Assembly: GCA_963752595.1 (NCBI GenBank)
Contig: CAVVYZ010000013.1
Span: 160,001 to 224,000, forward strand
DNA from: an uncultured delta proteobacterium
Lineage (GTDB): Bacteria > Desulfobacterota > Desulfomonilia > UBA1062
Length of the DNA: 64,000 nucleotides
Direction: 5' to 3'
Shown: one piece after another, positions 28,924 through 42,086 of the stretch
How the letters are laid out: every line of letters begins with the position of its first letter
How positions within the stretch are numbered: the first letter of the stretch is position 1
Made by a program: the position numbers and the translations under genes
The notes under the pieces: generated by a model
The model's database searches: none
What the model was told of the DNA's origin: nothing
What the model saw: the letters and a program-made list of their open reading frames with translations, nothing else

Positions 28924-31900
28924 GTGAACATGAGCAGTCATACGATCCGTGAGCCTTTGCTCCGCCTGAAGTCGTGCCTTCCGGGAAGGGGCCTTGGGCG
29001 AAATCATGCCGGTGACGAGCCACCGCTGCGGGCGGAGTTATTCAGCGCCGATCAGATGGAGCAACACGGCAAGAACCTGGCGGGTTCACACCAATTGAGT
29101 CCGGGGCGCGCTCCGGATCTGCTGCTGGCGCGGCTGGCTGAGAACGAAGAGGTCCTGCTCGGCGTCCGGAACCTGTTGACCGAGGCGGTTAAGGCAAACC
29201 GCCGGATTACGCCGGCCGGGGAATGGCTGCTCGATAACTTCTACCTGATCGAAGAGCAGATCCGCACCGCCAGAAGGCATCTGCCAAAGGGTTACAGCCG
29301 GGAGCTGCCCCGTTTGATGAATGGTCCCTCGGCCGGCCTTCCGCGTGTGTATGACATTGCGCTGGAGACGATCTCCCACGGCGATGGGCGGGCGGATCCG
29401 GAGAGTCTCAGCCGGTTTGTCGCCGCATACCAGACCGTCATCGCCCTGAAGCTGGGTGAATTGTGGGCCATCCCCATCATGTTGCGCCTGGCGCTGATCG
29501 AGAATCTCCGCCGCATTGCAGCCAGGATCGCTGCGGACAGAATCGACCGTAACCTGGCCGATTATTGGGCGGATCAGATGACGGAGAGCGCCGCGAAGGA
29601 CCCGAAGAACCTGATTCTGGTGATTGCGGACATGGCCAGATCGAATCCGCCGCTTGGTCAGTTCGTTTGTTGCGGAACTGACGCGCCGCCTGCAGGGACA
29701 AGGCCCCGCTCTGGCGTTGCCGCTGACCTGGATCGAGCAGCGACTCTCCGAGTACGGCCAGACCATCAAGCAACTCGTGGATGCGGAGAACCAGCAGCAG
29801 GCCGCCGACCAGGTCTCCATGAGCAACAGCATCGGCAGCCTCCGCTTCCTCGGTGCGATGGACTGGCGGGAGTTCGTCGAGACGATGAGCCTGGTCGATA
29901 AGATTCTGCGTGAGGATCCCGTCGATGTTTACGGCAAGATGGATTTTTCCACCCGTGACCGATACCGCCATGTGGTGGAGAAGATCGCGAAGTTCAGCCT
30001 CTTGTCCGAGGACGAGGTGGCGCGCCTGGCGATCCGGCTTGCCCACGAGGGGGCGGCCGGGAAGGGCGGCGAGGATCGCACGGCCCATGTCGGCTTCTAC
30101 CTGATCGATCAAGGATCGGCCGAGCTTGATCGACTGGCCCAAGTGCGATGGCCGCCCTCCGAAGCCATCCGGAAATGGAGCCGCCGGTTTCCTTTCCTGC
30201 TCTATGGCGGCTCGATCCTCCTGCTGACGCTGCTCTTCACCGGGATGTTGCTGATGAAGGCGCATGCCGGCGGATTGCAGGATTGGCCGCTGGCGCTGAT
30301 CGGACTGCTCCTGCTTTTCGGCACCAGCCATCTGGCGATCGCCTTGGTGAACTGGCTGGCGACGCTTCTGGTCATGCCGCATCCGTTGCCGCGCATGGAC
30401 TTCTCCCAGGGTATCCCGACGCAATTCCGCACCCTGGCCGTGGTCCCGACGATGCTCACCGGCACCGAGAGCATCGCGGAGCTGATCGAGGCGATGGAAG
30501 TCCGGTTCCTTGCCAATCGGGACGACAACCTGCACTTCGCCCTGCTGACCGATTTTCGCGACGCCCCCGCCGAAGCGTTGCCGGAGGACGAAGCCCTGTT
30601 GCGGCTGGCCCAAAAGGGAATCGAAGGCCTGAATATAAAGTACAGCGATCCCAAAGGCGACCGCTTCTTCCTTTTCCATCGCCCGCGCCGATGGAATCCC
30701 CGGGACCGGATCTGGATGGGTTATGAGCGCAAGCGGGGGAAACTTGCGGATTTGAATGCCCTGTTGCGCGGCGAGACACAAGGGGAGTCCGGGGACCGCT
30801 TTTCGCTCGTCGTCGGCGACACGGCCGTTTTATCGAACGTGAAATACGTGATCACCCTGGACACCGATACGCAGTTGCCGCGCGATGCCGCCTGTCAGTT
30901 TGTGGGGGCCATGGCGCACCCGCTCAACCGTCGCCCGATACGACCAGGACCGGGGGCGCGTCTGCGAGGGATACGGGATCCTTCAGCCGCGGGTTGCCGT
31001 GAGCCTGCCCGGCATGAACCGGTCGCGGTATGCGGCGCTGTGCGGGAGCGATCCCGGCATCGATCCCTATACGCGGGCCGTATCCGATGTCTACCAGGAC
31101 CTGTTCGGTGAGGGGTCGTTCATCGGCAAGGGCATCTATGACGTGGATGCCTTCGATCTGGCGCTCAAGGGGCGTTTTCCCGAGAACCGGATCCTCAGCC
31201 ACGATCTTCTGGAAGGGTGTTACGCCCGGGCGGGTCTGTTGAGCGATGTGCAGCTGTACGAGGAGCACCCATCCCGCTACAGTGCGGACGTGAGCCGCCG
31301 TCACCGGTGGATTCGCGGGGATTGGCAGCTCTTCAGATGGCTGCTGCCCGGCGTTCCCGGCCCCGCCGGGCATCTGCAGAAAAATCCGCTCTCCGATTTG
31401 TCCCGGTGGAAGATCCTCGATAATCTGCGGCGTTCTCTCGTGCCCGCGGCGCTGACGTGTTTATTGCTGCTGGGCTGGACTCTCCTGTCGTCGGCCTGGT
31501 TCTGGACCCTCGCGGTGCTCGGGATCATCCTGATTCCCTCGGTGATGACCTCCATCCTGGATGGGCTTCAGAAGCCGGCCGACGTCCTTTTCGGTCAGCA
31601 CCTGGCCGTCGTCCTGAGTTCCGCCGGCAGGCGCTTCGCCCAGGCCGCCTTTACGCTCGTGTGCCTGCCTTACGAGGCGTTTTTCAGCCTGGATGCCATC
31701 CTGCGCACGGCTCTGGCGGATGCTGGTCTCGCACCGGCGGCTTCTCGAATGGAATCCGTCGGGCGACCCGGAACGCAACCGCGGCGACCTGATCGGCGCC
31801 TTTCGGACCCTGTGGTTCGCCCCGGCCCTTGCCGCCGCCACACTCATCACCCTCTGCCTTGGCCAGGCCGGACGCCTTGGGCGTGGCCGTGCCCATCCTG

Positions 31901-34900
31901 CTCCTCTGGTTTTCATCCCCCGCGATCTCCTGGTGGATCAGCCGGCCGCTGGTGCGCCGCGAAGCAAGGCTTTCGAACGGATCAAACCCTCTTTCTCCGG
32001 GCGCTGTCACGGAAAACCTGGGCGTTCTTCGAGACCTTCGTCGGTCCGGAAGATCATTGGCTGCCGCCGGACAACTTTCAGGAGCATCCCTCTCCCGTGG
32101 TCGCGCATCGCACGTCGCCGACCAACATGGGCCTGTCGCTCCTTGCCAATCTGTCCGCCTATGACTTCGGTTACCTCTCGGCGGGACAACTCATCGAGCG
32201 CACGAAGAATGCCTTTCACACCATGGAGGCCCTGGAGAGGTACCAGGGCCACTTCTACAACTGGTACGACACCCGATCCCTGAAACCGCTGCCGCCCCTC
32301 TACATCTCATCCGTGGACAGCGGAAACCTGGCGGGCCATCTGCTGACGCTGCGGCCGGGGCTCCTGGCCCTTCCCGATCAAAAGATCCTGGGGCCGCGGC
32401 TATTGGAAGGGCTCGGCGACACCCTGAAGGTCCTTTCGGACATCGCGGCCGCTACCCCGGGAATGACGACCCCTGTCCAGCTCGCGAAGTTCACGCAGCT
32501 TCTGAGGCCGCGACCGATTCTCCGCCCGCCACGCTCGCCGCGGTCAAGTCTGTGCCTTGAGCAGCTTGCAGCGTCCGCAGCGGAAGTGGTCGCCGAATTC
32601 GCCGGCCTCGATGCCGACCCCGAGAGCCCACTGCAGGTGTGGGCGCGCGCCCTCGCCGGGCAATGCCGGGCTGCGCTCGATGAGCTCGCTTTTTTCGTTC
32701 CGTGGGCAGCATGGCCGGTGCAGCCGGATGATCCCGGCGATCCCGGGAGAGAAGGGACGGGATTCCGACACTGCGCCAACTGGCCCGACTTAGAGGAACG
32801 GAGGGCCTGCCGGCCATCGGGCGGCGGTTGAACCCGAATGCGGGACCCGAAGAAAGGGCGCGGCTGGAGGAACTTCCCGGCCTCATCACGGAGGCGAGCC
32901 GGCGCGCCAGGGAACGGATAGAGGCCATCGAACGGCTGGCACGGCAATGCGGCGAGCTCGCCCGGATCGAATATGGATTCCTGTTCGACAAGGCGCGCAA
33001 TCTGCTGGCCATCGGGTACAACGTCACTGAACACAGGCAGGATCCGAGTTTTTATGATCTGCTGGCTTCGGAAGCGCGGTTCAGCAGTTTCGTGGCGATT
33101 GCCCAGGGGCATCTGCCGCAGGAGAGCTGGTTCGCCCTGGGACGGCTGCTCACCACGGCCGGTGGAGAGCCGGTCCTCCTTTCCTGGAGCGGCTCGATGT
33201 TCGAATACCTCATGCCGCTTTTGGTGATGCCGACGTACGAACATACCCTGCTCGACCAGACCATGAAGGCGGCGGTGGCCAGGCAGATCGAGTACGGGAG
33301 TCAGCGCGGGGTGCCCTGGGGCAGTTCCGAATCGGGCTACAACGCGATCGATGTGCACCTCAACTACCAGTACCGGGCCTTCGGCGTGCCGGGTCTGGGC
33401 CTCAAGCGCGGGCTGGCCGAGGATCTGGTCATTGCGCCTTATGCCTCGGCGATGGCGTTGATGGTTGCACCGGAAGAGGCGTGCCGGAATCTCGAGCAAC
33501 TCGCGGCGGAAGGGTTTGCCGGGAGGTACGGCTTCTATGAGGCGATCGACTACACGCCTTCGCGTCTGCCGCGAGGGCAATCCAGCGCCGTGGTTCGCTC
33601 CTTCATGTCCCATCACCAGGGCATGAGCCTCCTTTCGCTGGCCTATCTGCTCCTGGACCGTCCGATGCAGAAGCGGTTTGAGTCGGAACCCCTGTTTCAG
33701 GCGACCCTGCTGCTGCTCCAGGAGCGAATCCCCAAGGTGACGGCGTTTTATGCGCACACCGCCGAGCTCTCCGATTACCATCCGGATTCCGGCCCTCAGG
33801 CCACGCCGATTCGTGTTTTCAGCAGCCCGGATACACCGGTCCCGGAAGTGCAGCTGCTGTCGAACGGCCGATACCACGTGATGGTGACCAGCGCGGGCGG
33901 CGGCTACAGCCGCTGGAAGGATATCGCCGTCACACGCTGGCGCGAAGACAGCACCTGCGACCCCTGGGGAACCTTCTGTTACCTCCGCGATGTGGAAAGC
34001 GGGGAGTTCTGGTCAACCGCCTGTCAGCCGGCCCCCAAACAGGCGGACCATTACGAGGCGATCTTCTCGGAAGGGCGGGCGGAGTTCCGCCGCCGCGACC
34101 ACGGCTTCGACACCCATACGGAGATCGCCGTTTCCCCCGAAGACGATATTGAACTGCGCCGCATCACCATCACCAACAACTCCGGAAGGCGCAGGACCAT
34201 TGATGTCACGAGCTACGCGGAGGTCGTTCTCGCCTCACCGGCCGCCGATGCGCTGCATCCGGCGTTCAGCAACCTCTTTGTTCAGACCGAGATCCTCCGC
34301 CGGGAACGGGCGATTTTCTGCACCCGCCGGCCACGTTCCCAGGGCGAGCAGTACCCCCTGCATGTTTCATCTGATGGCCGTTCAGGGTGCCGAGATCGGG
34401 GAAATATCCTATGAGACCGATCGCATGCAGTTTATCGGCCGCGGAAATACCGTCGCCAACCCCCAGGCGATGACCCATTTGTCGGATCCTTACGGGCAGC
34501 GAGGGCTCCGTCCTGGATCCGATCGTCTCGATCCGTTATCGCATCACGCTGGATCCGGAAGAAAAGGCCACGGTCAGCATGGTCACCGGCATGGGGGAGA
34601 CGCGCGATGCAGCCTTGAGCCTGGTGGAAAAATACCAGGATCGGCGCCTGGCGGACCGGGTCTTCGATCTGGCGTGGACGCACAGCCAGGTGCTCCTGCG
34701 GCAGATCAACGCCACCGAGGCCGATGCGCAGCTTTACGGACGCCTCGCCGGCTCGGTGATCTATGCCAATGCCTCGCTGCGGGCCGATGCGGGGATTCTC
34801 CTGCAGAACCGCCGCGGTCAATCGGGTCTGTGGGGATACGCCATCTCCGGCGATTTGCCGATCGTGCTGCTTTCGATCGAAGATCCGGCCAATATCGAGC

Positions 34901-37693
34901 TGGTCCGCCAGCTCGTGCAGGCCCACGCCTACTGGCGCCTGAAGGGACTGGCGGTGGACCTGGTCATCTGGAACGAAGATCACGCGGGTTACCGGCAACT
35001 GCTCCACGACCAGATCATGGGGCTGATTGCGGCCGGCGTCGAGGCCAACGTGACCGACAAACGCGGCAGTATTTTCGTAAGACCCGCGGACCAGATATCG
35101 AACGAGGACCGCATCCTGATCCAGACGGTCGCCCGCGCCATCATCACCGACGCCAAGGGATCGCTTGCCGACCAGCTCAGCCGTCGAACGCCCTGTGGAA
35201 ATGGCCGTGCCGCGTCTGACGATGTCCCGGACTCACCGTGCCGCCCTCCCGGCCGTTGCCGCGTTGCCCCGCCATGACCTGATGTTTTTCAACGGGCTCG
35301 GCGGATTCACCCCCGATGGGCGGGAGTACGTCATTTCGACCGCGCACGGTCAGGTGACCCCGGCGCCCTGGGTGAATGTCCTGGCGAATCCGCATTTCGG
35401 GACCGTTCTGTCCGAGAGCGGCTCCGCCTACACCTGGGCCGAGAATGCCCACGAGTTTCGCCTCACCCCCTGGCATAACGACCCGGTGAGCGATGCGAGC
35501 GGGGAGGCCTTTTACATCCGCGATGAAGAGCGCGGCCATTTCTGGTCCCCCATGCCGCTGCCCAGCCGCGGGATGACGCCTTACGTCACCCGGCACGGAT
35601 TCGGCTACAGCGTCTTCGAACACACGGAGCGCGGCATCCGCTCCGAGGCATGGGTGTACGTGGCCCCGGATGCGCCCGTCAAGTTCACGGTGCTCAAGAT
35701 CAAAAACGAGTCCGGCCGATCCCGCCGTCTGTCCGTCACGGGTTACGTCGAGTGGGTCCTGGGGGATCTGCGGCCGAAAACGGCCATGCACGTGGTGACC
35801 GAAGTCGACCCCGCAAGCGGGGCGCTCTTCGCGCGGAACCCTTACAATACGGAGTTTCCCGACCGGACTGCCTTTTTCAACGCGGACGGTGCGACGCGGA
35901 CTCTCAGCGGCGACCGGACTGAGTTTCTGGGGCGCAACGGCACGCTCGCGAGTCCGGCTGCGATGAACAGGTCGCGGCTCTCCGGCAGGGTCGGGGCCGC
36001 CCTGGATCCCTGCGCCGCGATTCAGGCGTCCTTCGAGCTTGCCGACGGGCAGGAGCGGGAGATCGTCTTCACGCTCGGTGCGGAGCGGGATGCCGTCAGC
36101 CGCTCGCCGCCTGGCGCATCGTTTCCGGGGATCGGCGGCGGCGCGGGAGGCGCTGGAGGCGGTGTGGCAGTACTGGAAGCACACGCTCGGCGCCGTCCAG
36201 GTGGAAACGCCCGATCCGTCCCTCAATGTTCTGGCCAACGGCTGGCTTTTGTATCAGACCCTGGCATGCCGCCTCTGGGCGCGCAGCGGGTACTACCAGT
36301 CCGGCGGCGCCTTCGGTTTCCGCGACCAGTTGCAGGATGTGATGGCCCTCATCCACACCGAACCGCGCCTGGCGCGCGAGCATCTGCTGCTCTGTGCGGC
36401 CCGTCAGTTTCCCGAAGGGGATGTCCAGCACTGGTGGCACCCCCCCGCGGGCCGGGGCGTGCGGACACACTGTTCGGACGATTACCTCTGGCTGCCGCTT
36501 GCGGCGTGCCGCTATGTACTGACCACAGGGGACACCGGTGTACTGGACGAGCCCATCCCCTTCATCCAGGGACGCCCGGTCAAGGCGGAAGAAGACTCGT
36601 ATTACGATCTGCCCTCCCGGTCCGGGGAAACCGCCCGCTCTCTATGAACACTGCGTGCGGGCGATTCTCCGGGGTCTTCGGTTCGGCGCACACGGATTGC
36701 CGCTCATGGGCTCCGGAGACTGGAACGACGGCATGAACCTGGTGGGCGCGGAGGGAAAAGGCGAAAGCGTCTGGCTGGGGTTTTTCCTCTATGATGTCCT
36801 CATGCGGTTCGCCGGGTTGGCCCGCACCCGCGGCGACATCGCCTTCGCCGACCGCTGTGAGCGCGAAGCGGCGAAGGTGCGCCGGAATATCGAACTCAAC
36901 GGCTGGGACGGCCTGTGGTACCGCCGCGCTTACTTCGACGACGGCACGCCGCTGGGGTCGGCGAAGAACGCCGAATGCCAGATCGATTCCGTTGCCCAGA
37001 GCTGGTCGGTTCTGTCCGGGGCGGGCGATCCCGAACGCTCCCGCCTGGCCATGGAAGCGGTGGATCGGCGCCTCGTACGCCGGGACCACGGCCTGATCCA
37101 GCTCCTGGATCCGCCATTCGACAAGTCCGCGCTGAATCCCGGCTACATCAAAGGGTATGTCCCGGGCGTGAGAGAAAACGGCGGGCAGTACACCCATGGG
37201 GCGATCTGGGCGGCGATGGCCTTTGCCTCCCTGGGCGACGCCCGGCGTGCGTGGGAACTGCTGGCGATGATCAACCCGGTGAACCATGCCGGCTCTCCCG
37301 AGGCGATTGCGACCTACAAGGTGGAGCCTTACGTCGTCGCGGCGGACGTCTATGCGGTCCCGCCGCACACCGGCCGCGGCGGATGGACATGGTACACGGG
37401 TTCGGCCGGATGGATGTACCGGCTGATCGTGGAGTCGCTCCTGGGGTTGAGGCTGGAGGAGGACAAGCTGCGTCTCTGCCCCGTGTCTTCCGGCGGATTG
37501 GAAAGGCTTTACCGTGCACTACCGGTATCGGGAAACGGTCTACCACATCGCCGTCCTGCGAACGCCGGCCGCCGATGGCCAGGCGGGGGTGACGGTGGAC
37601 GGCGTCGAGCAGACCGACCAGTCGATTCCCCTTGTGGACGACCGCCGGGAACATTCGGTCGAGGTCAGAATAATAAACGCCACGCGCGATTGA
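28924..37693 (+). CDS. ndvB: Cyclic beta-1,2-glucan synthase (Cgs/NdvB/ChvB-type; GT84 plus C-terminal GH94-like region), ~2,900 aa, many frameshifts
   Basis: [125 protein letters not shown], all in colinear order across successive ORFs. Stop TGA at 37691-93. Confidence 0.93.
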
Positions 37694-37820
37694 AGCTCTC
37701 CGCAGCAGGCTGTGGAGAATCTTCGATCCTTGCGTGGAACAACCCATTTCGTTTTCACTCGCTTACTCCGCCGGAGGGATGGTGGGGTTTTTGCATTTTA
37801 GAGAATGAATGTCATTGAGA

Positions 37821-37849
37821 TTGACGCCATCATGCCTGAATGTTATTAT
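37821..37849 (+). promoter_or_regulatory. Sigma70-type promoter
   Basis: TTGACG-N17-TATTAT with TG extension, 46 nt before the ATG at 37896. Confidence 0.6.
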
Positions 37850-37895
37850 TTCTCACACTAAGTGAATAAGAAACCAACCTCAGCGGGGGACCATA

Positions 37896-39998
37896 ATGAA
37901 ACGCGCCAAATCGCATGGAATCAGGATTTTCGCGCTTTTCCTGGCAATCACCGTTTTTGCCGGATGCAACGATTCCTCCGATTCCTCTCCCTATTCCGCC
38001 GCCATTGCCGAAGCCAAAGCCGCCGCCCGCGAGGCCATGGCCGAGAGCGAAGCCAGCGCCCTTACGCTGGCCCTGGTGGATGGGGAGCGGGTGATCTGGA
38101 CGGAATCCCTGGGGTATGCCGACAGGGCGGCCGGAAAAGCGGCCGGCCCGGAGACCATGTTCGGCATCGGCTCGGTCAGCAAGATGTTTGCAACCATCGC
38201 CGTGATGAAGCTGGTGGAACAGGGCAAGGTATCCCTCGATGAGCCGCTGGTGACCTATCTCCCCGACTTCAGCATGCTCTCCCCGGAATACCGGGACATC
38301 ACCGTGCGGATGCTCCTGAACCATTCGGCGGGCTTTCCGGGCGGGGATATGCGGAACGCCGTGACATCGCAGCCCCCTTCACCGGCTTTGCCGCGCAGGT
38401 GATGGAGAGCATGAAGTACCAGCGCCTCAAGCATGCGCCCGGATACCTGAGCGTTTACAGCAACGACGGCTTCACCATGGTGGAGAACCTGGTGAAGGCG
38501 GTCACCGGCAGAAGCTATCCCGACTATCGTGCAGCAGGAAATCCTGACGCCGCTGGGGATGAACAACAGCCGCTATCCAACGGAGACTGCTGCCTGACGG
38601 CTCCTATGCCAGGCCCTATACCGGCGAGACGCCCCAGCCCTATACCTCGCTGAACATCTACGCCACCGGCGGGCTCTACGCCACCGCCACCGATATGGGG
38701 AAACTGGCCATGATGCTGATCAACGGGGGGCTGCACGGCTCCCAGCGCATTCTTTCCGCCGCCTCCATCGCGGCCATGGGCCAGGACCAGACCCTGGGAT
38801 CGTTCAACCCGCTGCCGTCCGACATGGTCCGCTACGGCCTCGGATGGGACACGGTCGCACAGGCAGGCCTGAATGCCGTCGGGATCCGGGGATGGCAGAA
38901 GGGCGGGGCCATTGACGGGGCCTTCGGGACCATGTACCGCGCGACCATGATCGTCGCGCCCGACGCGAGACTCGGGGTGGTGGTGATGATGGCCTCGAAC
39001 AAAATCAGCTCGGATGTGGTGGAGAAGGTCGCCGAGCGGATACTGCTGCGGGCGCTGGTGGATCGGGGACTCCTGGCGGCAATGCCTCCCGCGCTGCCCC
39101 AGAACCCCCTGCCGGTCATCGTCCCCGACCGCGGAAGAAAAAAGCGCCTTCAGCGGCTATTATGCGTCATCCAGCACATTGTACCGCCTGAGCTTCGCGG
39201 CGGATGATTCCATGCTTGTTGAAAAATACGATGGCACTCTCTGGAAACCGGAGTACCGGGGATTCAAGAAAAGGAGCGACGGCTGGTACGCCGCGGACGG
39301 AGACTCCATCAAGGGCGCTGCGCCTGCTGACGCGTGCGGGACGCGGTTATATCGCGCTTCGCGATCAGGGGGGAGCCGGCCACTACGCTTACACCCTGTC
39401 TGACTGGCGCAACGCCTCGACGCCAAAAGTCCGATTTCCCCGGCATGGCAGGCGCGCCTCGCCGCCGTCTGGCTGCCGGTGAACGAGGATTTTTTCGCCT
39501 CGTTTCCCGACATGGAGGTCGATCCCCGCTTTACGTTGAGCGAGGTTGGCGGTTTGCAGGGATACCTCTTTGCAGGGGACGCACATCCTGTGCGACATGA
39601 TCCCCCCATCGGACAACCGGCTGGACGGCATGTTCCTGCAGATCCCCCAGCTCAATGGACGGGACCTGGTGGATCTGGCCGTCGAGACATGGGAAAACCA
39701 GGAGTGGCTGCGTCTGGGAAGCACCCTCTACCGCCCGCTCTCCGGGGTTCCGCTTGCCGCAGCCGGGCCGACAACGGTAACGATCGGCAGTGAAGGTCAT
39801 GCGGAATGGCGGGGATTGCCGGCCGCGGGCACGGTTTCCATCAACGGCGCAACGGTCTGGAAACTCTTCGACAGCGACTTCAATCAGCTTGCCTTTGGCA
39901 GGGGGAGCGGCAGCGCTGCGTTTTCCGGCGCCGGGAACAAATATCTGATGTTGTTCGGAGCCAAGGGGGCAACGATAACTCTGAATCTGATCCCATAG
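37896..39998 (+). CDS. Serine hydrolase (beta-lactamase/AmpC-like family) lipoprotein, several frameshifts
   Basis: Lipobox FAGC, FGIGSVSK (SxxK), LLNHSAG, YSN, GGLY, YGLGW, KGG; long C-terminal extension. Confidence 0.85.
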
Positions 39999-40038
39999 GT
40001 TAAAGCATGTCCTCATCAATCCATTTCGAGGTGACCTT

Positions 40039-41949
40039 ATGATGCATGCCGCCATTCCACCCTTTTCCAAAAGGTTTCGTCTGCTTCTCCCGTTGCTGCT
40101 CACCGTCATGACGACTGCGTCCTGCGGGGACGGAAGCGATGCCACCCTTTACGAAAACACGATCAGTCAGATGACCCCCTTCATCGAACAGCAGATGAAG
40201 GACGACAGTGTGACCGGTCTGGCGATCGCCCTTGTAGACGACCAGAGGGTCGTTTGGGAGCGGGGGTTCGGCTATGCGGATGCCGCCCGCAACGTCTCAG
40301 CGACCAAGGACACCCTCTTCGAAATCGGCTCCAACTCCAAGACCTTCACGGCCTCGCTCGTCATGCAGCTTGCCGAGGCCGGGCGGCTGAGCATCGACGA
40401 TCCGGTCACCAGGCATTTGCCGGGATTTGCGATAGGACAGCCCCTGGGCTCATTCCCTTCCCCGGGCGGTCCGATTACCATCCGGACCATGATGAACCAC
40501 CATGCGGGAATCCCCGGGGACCTGCTGAACGGTGCCTTCACGGGCAGTGTCAAGTACCCCGACTACAACGCCCGGCTCATGGCCGCCCTCGCGGGTGAAT
40601 ACGCCGATTACCCCACCAATTTCCTGCTCGCTTATTCCAATACCGCGATCTCACTCCTGTCGGATGTCGTGGCCGCTGCCTCGGGCCGGAGCTTCAAGGA
40701 GCGCAGTCAGCAGTTCTTCGCTGACCTGGGGATGGACCACTCCACATTTTACCGGGAAAGTGCGACCGTGCCTGCCAATCAGTCCAAGGGATACGTCCTC
40801 GGTCAGGAGTACGGGCCCTTCTACTGCAACATCGAACCGGCGGGATCCATCCTCTCCAGCGCCTCGGACATGGCCAAGTACCTCAAGATGGTCATGGCGG
40901 GAGGGATCGGAGAGCGGGGCAGGGTGCTGAAGAGCGAAACAATCAATACCATACTCACCCGGACGAACAGCTCGGTGGCGCTGGATTACGATACCAGCAT
41001 CGGCCTCGGCTGGTTCCTCAGCGACCCGGAAATGGCCTACGCGGGCCGCATCTGCTGGCACAACGGCGGGACGATCCTGATGATGAGCCACATGGAGGTC
41101 CTGCGGGACCACAAGCTGGCGGTGATGGTGATGACCAATTCGATGACCGGCGGGACGGTTGCCGAGAATGTGGCCAAAAAGGCGCTGAAGCTTGCCCTCG
41201 AAGAGAAAATGGGTATCAGACCACCGGAGCCGCCCGCCCCCGTGCCCTCTCCCATTGTCACCTGGACGGATGCGCAACTGGACGCCGTCGCGGGGATCTA
41301 TGTCACTGGGTCGGGATACGATCTCCTCAACAGGGTCGCCGGAGGCCTGCAATGGACCAGCGGGGCGGGATTGGCCACGGCGGCGTCTGGTTCGCTGCCT
41401 GGTACAACCCCACGGTTTTCCGCGAACCCGGTGATCCGGAAGCCATCTGCGGGGGCCGATGCAGCCGGGAGCGTCCAAAAACTGGTCCCCCGGGCGAACG
41501 GTTGGTTTTCCCTCCCCGATTCCCAGCAGAACCAGTACGAGTTCAAGGAAGTCGAAGGAAGGCGGGTGATGATCGGCCATACCGGCGGCCGCACCAGCCT
41601 GCGGGGGGAACGGTATATCCCCGCGGTGATACCCCCATCCTGGATTGCACGGCTCGGGCGGTACGACCTGGCAAACCTCGACGCGGACGATGCCTCCCGT
41701 TACCTCCCCGCGGCCTATCGATTGATGAGCTCCGGTATGGAACTCAAGACAAAAAACGGGCTCCTCATCATGGAATGGACGGACGGCGCTCAGTCGGGCC
41801 AGCAGTACGTCATCCACCCCCTCTCCGGCGGTCTGGGCTACCTGCGCGGTCTGGGTCGAAACCTGGGCGGCTCGGTCCAGGCGGTCATTGCGGGGGCGGG
41901 AGAAGAGATCCAGTTCCTGGGGCTGAGGTACGCAAAGCGCCTGAAATAG
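40039..41949 (+). CDS. Serine hydrolase (beta-lactamase/AmpC-like family) lipoprotein
   Basis: Lipobox TASC, FEIGSNSK, MMNHHAG, YSN, GLGW, WHNGG; ~240-aa C-terminal extension. Confidence 0.92.
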   Translation: MMHAAIPPFSKRFRLLLPLLLTVMTTASCGDGSDATLYENTISQMTPFIEQQMKDDSVTGLAIALVDDQRVVWERGFGYADAARNVSATKDTLFEIGSNSKTFTASLVMQLAEAGRLSIDDPVTRHLPGFAIGQPLGSFPSPGGPITIRTMMNHHAGIPGDLLNGAFTGSVKYPDYNARLMAALAGEYADYPTNFLLAYSNTAISLLSDVVAAASGRSFKERSQQFFADLGMDHSTFYRESATVPANQSKGYVLGQEYGPFYCNIEPAGSILSSASDMAKYLKMVMAGGIGERGRVLKSETINTILTRTNSSVALDYDTSIGLGWFLSDPEMAYAGRICWHNGGTILMMSHMEVLRDHKLAVMVMTNSMTGGTVAENVAKKALKLALEEKMGIRPPEPPAPVPSPIVTWTDAQLDAVAGIYVTGSGYDLLNRVAGGLQWTSGAGLATAASGSLPGTTPRFSANPVIRKPSAGADAAGSVQKLVPRANGWFSLPDSQQNQYEFKEVEGRRVMIGHTGGRTSLRGERYIPAVIPPSWIARLGRYDLANLDADDASRYLPAAYRLMSSGMELKTKNGLLIMEWTDGAQSGQQYVIHPLSGGLGYLRGLGRNLGGSVQAVIAGAGEEIQFLGLRYAKRLK

Positions 41950-42086
41950 AAATAGGGTAGTCCCTCAGCCAATGCTCCTTTGATTCGGTACTGCGATTGT
42001 TACGGCACACGGATTCTTGGGTGGACCGAATAAGACCCGTAAGCATTTCGTCCGGCAGAGCGCCTGACCGGCAACAGAGGTGATCG

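Noticed and set aside
28924-37693. Programmed frameshifting or stop-codon recoding (Sec/Pyl) in the split genes
   Set aside because: The breaks are numerous frame changes without consistent slippery sites or in-frame TGA/TAG at catalytic positions; sequencing error is simpler.
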